From Paraglomus brasilianum (Eukaryota): a stretch of 39,646 bases of DNA. The stretch covers positions 1-39,646 of the forward strand of contig CAJVPI010000243.1 of assembly GCA_910592345.1 (NCBI GenBank). Direction: 5' to 3'. The stretch's first letter is position 1. The number at the start of each line of letters is the position of its first letter. The notes under the pieces were generated by a model that did no database searches, was not told the origin of the DNA, and was given only the letters and a program-made list of their open reading frames with translations. Both the position numbers and the translations under genes were made by a program. Shown here one piece after another: positions 35,671-39,646 of this stretch.

Positions 35671-36180
35671 GGAATATCGTGAGGACTAAATGCACTGCTT
35701 CGACCGTCGAGGCGAACAATCGCGATTGCTAGGGATAGTTTTACAGGCATGTCTTTATACAAAACGTCATGCAACGGAAACGAAACAATCATTCTATTTA
35801 AAAATTGACTCTACACACGTAAATAAATCATGTCCAATTTTAAGAACCAGTTATGAACCTTTTTGTTATAAAAACACATCTTAAACCCTTTGTCATTTAC
35901 ATTCCTCTAAAAAATAAAACTAGGGATTTTCGGTAATCACTGTTAATGAATCATCGTTGTCAAATGATAATTGTAATAATAGTGGAAGAATTAATTATAG
36001 TAAAACCTCTAATACTAATACTAATGCTAATAGATTTATTTCCCTAAGTGCAACTTACGTGATTCACGTAATGATCAACATAATTCGCGCACAACATTAT
36101 TTGTTATAGATCGAGTTTTATGTGTGAAGAATATTTTCTTTTTTCAGTGTTTGATTTTTATCCTGTTTTCTTTGTTTAGT

Positions 36181-36366
36181 GGAGAACACGACGAAGAGAC
36201 TTATGATGATAGTAATGAAAACCCGATAGTGAGTGCTAATGAAGCGTTGAAAACATAAAGACGTTTCTAATTCAACAAGAGGGAACCAGTAATTATTTAA
36301 AAGCCGTTAATAGAGTCATTCGCGAAAAACAGGTAAATTTAATGAAACAAAGTAGTATTACATAAA
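36181..36366 (+). mobile_element. pogo/Tigger transposase C-terminal relic
   Basis: With one frameshift: DEETYDDSNENPIVSANEALK/ENIKTFLIQQEG...IREKQVNLMKQSSIT, the acidic-EAL-FL.QQ-KQxxI tail. Degenerate TAGTAAAACCTC end near 35998 and ...catactg-TA at 36490. Confidence 0.6.
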
Positions 36367-36539
36367 CAATTAGGGTATTGATAGCAAAATTTTTTATGTA
36401 ACTTTGGCTGGAAATTGGAATAAAGGGAAATATGTTTAATAGACGTAAATCGTTAAAATATCTTTCCTAATAAGGGAACCCTCCATACTGTATTATATAT
36501 TTGTTCACGCATGGATATCACTCATTATTTTATCGATCC

Positions 36540-36670
36540 TATATATCGTATCGCCTACACTAAAACCTATCATTACTAATAAAACTTCCACATTAATATT
36601 CAGCAAAGTCTAAATTAGGAATAACAAGTCCTGTCAGGAATAGGCTCCCGCGTCAGCCTAAGCTGACTCC
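36540..36670 (-). ncRNA. Putative omega-RNA / right-end region of the Fanzor2 element
   Basis: Overlaps the stop codon: hairpin GUCAGC-UUAG-GCUGAC, then CGGGAG-CCUA-UUCCUG. Position matches TnpB/Fanzor omega-RNAs; 3' boundary unknown. Confidence 0.4.
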
Positions 36671-37020
36671 TTTTTTGTAAGATATCGAAGAAGAATATTG
36701 CGAGCACCATTAATATCTCTATCAAGGTTTGTTTTACATTGGGGACAGCAAAGACACCTTAGATCCACCAAGCTGTTTATATGACCGCAGGATCCACAAG
36801 TTTTACTTGTGTATTCTTCTGTACAAATTACTACTCGACACCAGGGATGCTCACGTGCCCTATGGATCAAATGCTGTTGAAGGCGATAATGTGACCATGT
36901 ACACATGGCTCAAGCAGTCTTGGAACCAATGCGTCGTTGTCCACGTCGGCCCATTCCTTGAGTGCGAAATTCGGGTAGTAATATCATGCGATAGTTTTCA
37001 CAAAGCCATTTAGCTAGTTT
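36658..37020 (-). pseudogene. Fanzor2 / IS607-type TnpB C-terminal relic
   Basis: KLAKWLCENYRMILLPEF...SKTA*AMCTWSHYR...VICTEEYTSKTCGSCG...CPQC..LDRDINGARNILLRYL; Zn finger plus RuvC-III; TGA at 36910-12; 5' truncated. Confidence 0.88.
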
Positions 37021-37314
37021 AGTATATGGGGCATACTGCAACAAAACCAGACAAAGTGAACATTTTATTATGCGGCATAAATGAGATGCTGATATGGCTA
37101 AAGGTTGATTAATTTGACTGATAGCATTTTGATTATCACAGCTGTAAGATTCATTATTATTATCATGTTTTAAATTAATATCATGCCAGAATGCGACTAA
37201 CATTAAATTTGGCCAGGATTAATGTAAAGTCAATAATAATAACTTGTTTAATATTAATATAGGATTATGTGTATACAAAAATATAATATAAAACTAATTT
37301 ACATCAAATCCACC

Positions 37315-37521
37315 ATGGAAACAAAGAATTACAGCACAATTAGAAGCATTCTAAAGAAAGCTCAAGGAGAAAAAGTTGCTCCATACGTTTTTAAAATGAA
37401 GGACACCAAAATCCTTGAGGAATATCTAGATAAAGAAAAAATCACTTATAAAATTTATCAAGAGGAACGAAAAATAACAACTCATGATGAACCAAGAAAA
37501 AAGCGAAAACTAGAAGCATAA
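37315..37521 (+). CDS. Small Lys-rich orphan ORF with C-terminal NLS-like PRKKRK
   Basis: Good start context (caccATGg), 68 aa, no family recognised. Confidence 0.3.
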   Translation: METKNYSTIRSILKKAQGEKVAPYVFKMKDTKILEEYLDKEKITYKIYQEERKITTHDEPRKKRKLEA

Positions 37522-37845
37522 ACAAATAGCTGCTCTTTATTATCGTTGCATTACCATCAATAATTGCGACAATTTTCCATGATTCTCTATATACTGCTCG
37601 AGTTAGAATGACAATAAATATGATAATTTTGGTTCGTTGCGCTACACTCTGACACAATTCATGACCAGCAAACCATTAAATAATGAAAATTAATAAACTT
37701 TAGGAAACGATGCACAAAAACCGTTTGATCGGCAAATCAGTTGTTTCAAAAACCAAATTTACAATCGATTAAATTACAAATATTAAACAATCACTATTAC
37801 TATCAAACGCATTTTGAGCTGGACTCAGCTTTCTCATTTAACAAA

Positions 37846-38121
37846 ATGGCAACTGAAATCTACACGTTACGTGAAGGAAAAGGCATTGCTGCCTCAACCC
37901 TAAGAAACTTTTATCTGCGAAAAATCAATCCACGAAAAATAACTGTCGAAGCAGTACAGGAATGGGTTGATAAAGAAAAGGAGAAGGGAGAAGAAGACGT
38001 TGTAGCTTTAATAATACTGTGTAGCATAGTTTCACTAGCGCGACCAAAGTATAGGGATACTCATCAAATGGCTTTGGGTCCGAGTATTTCCTCCCATGCA
38101 ATCGCTTTAGTGAATCTTTAA
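37846..38121 (+). CDS. Orphan ORF or gene fragment
   Basis: aaaaATGg start; MATEIYTLREGKGIAASTLRNFYLRKINPRKITVEAVQEWVDKE; no family recognised. Confidence 0.25.
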   Translation: MATEIYTLREGKGIAASTLRNFYLRKINPRKITVEAVQEWVDKEKEKGEEDVVALIILCSIVSLARPKYRDTHQMALGPSISSHAIALVNL

Positions 38122-38626
38122 TTTCAGAATAATAGTCCATATTAATATTGATGAAAATAAAAATGATAAATGTATCTGAATTACGTTACCTTTTAGTGGT
38201 TTCTGCATTTCATATTAATATTCAACCTCTTGGAGGAAAAAACCTGTAATTGCATTATCAAAACCAGCCCCAAGCCTCAGAGTATGAAATCCCTAGATGC
38301 ACATAATCATAATGTTCTAAGATCCAAGCAATGCGTTCTAAGTGTAAAATTTGTAAATTTCGTCGTATTAGCATTGTGCATTTAAGAACAGCCATGGGAA
38401 TCGAATAAATACTATTACTATTACCTCTTTCGATAAAAATTGACTAGGCTTATGTCATCATTTTGCATAAGGAGTTTAATAGCAATTGCGTAATCAACAC
38501 GTTAGCACTAATGTCAGTGGCATTGTCTACCTCGTTCTTTCAGCGCAATTACCCTTTTTGCAGATGATTTGCGTTGTAAACTTGCTACCCAATTTTTTTT
38601 TCGGCACTATTTTGTATCCCACAAAA

Positions 38627-39116
38627 ATGACCAAGCGTAACTATAGGCGAAACAAACCAGTTGCTTCCTCAAGCCGTCAAACGCCGACTACGGAACTTGT
38701 CTCTCTCTTCTGTCTCGTTGACGGCGAGTCTACAGAAAACGCGTTTGCAGTCAGAATAGATAAGAATAAATTTGTTAGTGACCTTCGCGAGAAAATATGG
38801 GAGAACCAACAAACTTTCAAGAACGTGGATGCAGCAGAACTCATTCTCTGGGCCGTCTCCATACCACAATGGGAAATGGCTCACCACAACTGAATTCAAT
38901 TCAGGAGACAAAAAAAAGCTGCTTCCTGGAGAGGAGATGCAAGAAGCATTTCCTGAACCTCTGCCAAAAAAATACGTCCATGTTATTGTGAAACCGCCTA
39001 CCATGTATGTAATCTTGACTGTACTTTCCATCCGTGCTTTTTGCTTACCTGCATCTGATTATCTATTTCTTCTTTTCAGTATCACTCCCTTTGAGGACCT
39101 CTCTCGATTTTTCTAG
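38627..39116 (+). pseudogene. Crinkler (CRN) effector N-terminal ubiquitin-like domain, frameshifted, no C-terminal domain
   Basis: VSLFCLVDGE..NAFAVRID..VSDLREKI..DAAELILWAVSIP, frameshift near 38865, then FPEPLPKKYVHVIVKPP; intron 39005-39079, then an early stop. Confidence 0.85.
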
Positions 39117-39492
39117 AGATGGATTGGTTCTCTAAGAACCGGTTCTTAAAATTTTAAACCAATGAAAAAAATTTTAGTAAGTATACTGTACTTATAGATA
39201 ATGGGCATTGTGTCCATCTCCTTACTTCAGTCTTATGTTTAGTAGGATAAGCTATAGAGATGAAGACAACTTCGCGTTCGCACTTCACTGTCATGAACTT
39301 TTGCATTTCGGTGCTAGAAGGATCTTGGAGGTATACATATTAATATTTTTTATTATTATACCATAATTTAAAGACAAAGCTATAGCTTTATAATGATGAT
39401 ATGTATAATTTACCGTTAACTTTTTTCGAAAAGCACGATTAATTAGCATTGTCATTCACATAGTACATATGAGCAGGAGAGATTTTTGAGAG

Positions 39493-39524
<32 letters not shown>
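39493..39524 (+). repeat. Poly(A) tract, 32 nt
   Basis: Direct count. Confidence 0.9.
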
Positions 39525-39526
<2 letters not shown>

Positions 39527-39546
39527 CTTTTCATATGTTTTACTAG

Positions 39547-39646
39547 TGTTACGGTCGGGAATTAAATTGGGGGGGTTTTGGGAGAGCGATTTATCTTTTC
39601 GTGTAGGTGTGTTCGCCGACCGGGGGATGTTACCAGGCTTAGCTCG
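39547..39646 (+). mobile_element. Possible start of an LTR, truncated by the window edge
   Basis: Begins TGTTACGG with an abrupt GC increase; inverted repeat cggtcgg (39552-58) / ccgaccg (39616-22). Confidence 0.3.

Noticed and set aside
37021..37203. N-terminal part of ORF 36910-37203 as Fanzor sequence
   Set aside because: Similarity starts only at KLAKWLC; upstream is unrelated sequence fused by truncation

Overview
Eukaryotic, intron-rich fungal DNA; gene content and repeat families point to Mucoromycota/Glomeromycotina (inference). There are three zones. (1) 1-10.5 kb is a decayed accessory zone: an IS607-type serine-recombinase N-terminal fragment, a Uma2-like nuclease pseudogene, a pogo/CENP-B relic, pogo-type MITEs, a CRISPR-like array of 7-8 24-bp repeats (4782-5175), a second putative PD-(D/E)xK-like nuclease pseudogene, and two (probably three) diverged copies of an unclassified ~350-600 nt sequence with compensatory base changes, i.e. 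a candidate structured ncRNA lying downstream of the nuclease genes. (2) 11.6-35.4 kb is a core gene block: RNF10/MAG2, a Ser/Thr-rich coiled-coil protein, KIF22-like kinesin, shugoshin (with a GC-AG intron), ribosomal protein eS1 (with a 7-aa insertion), SNAPC4, a SMYD methyltransferase and trifunctional TRP1. (3) 35.9-39.6 kb is a second accessory zone: a Tigger C-terminal relic, a Fanzor2/TnpB 3' relic with an omega-RNA-like hairpin region, orphan ORFs, a frameshifted Crinkler gene, poly(A) and a possible LTR start. All calls come from manual translation and alignment; no database searches were run.
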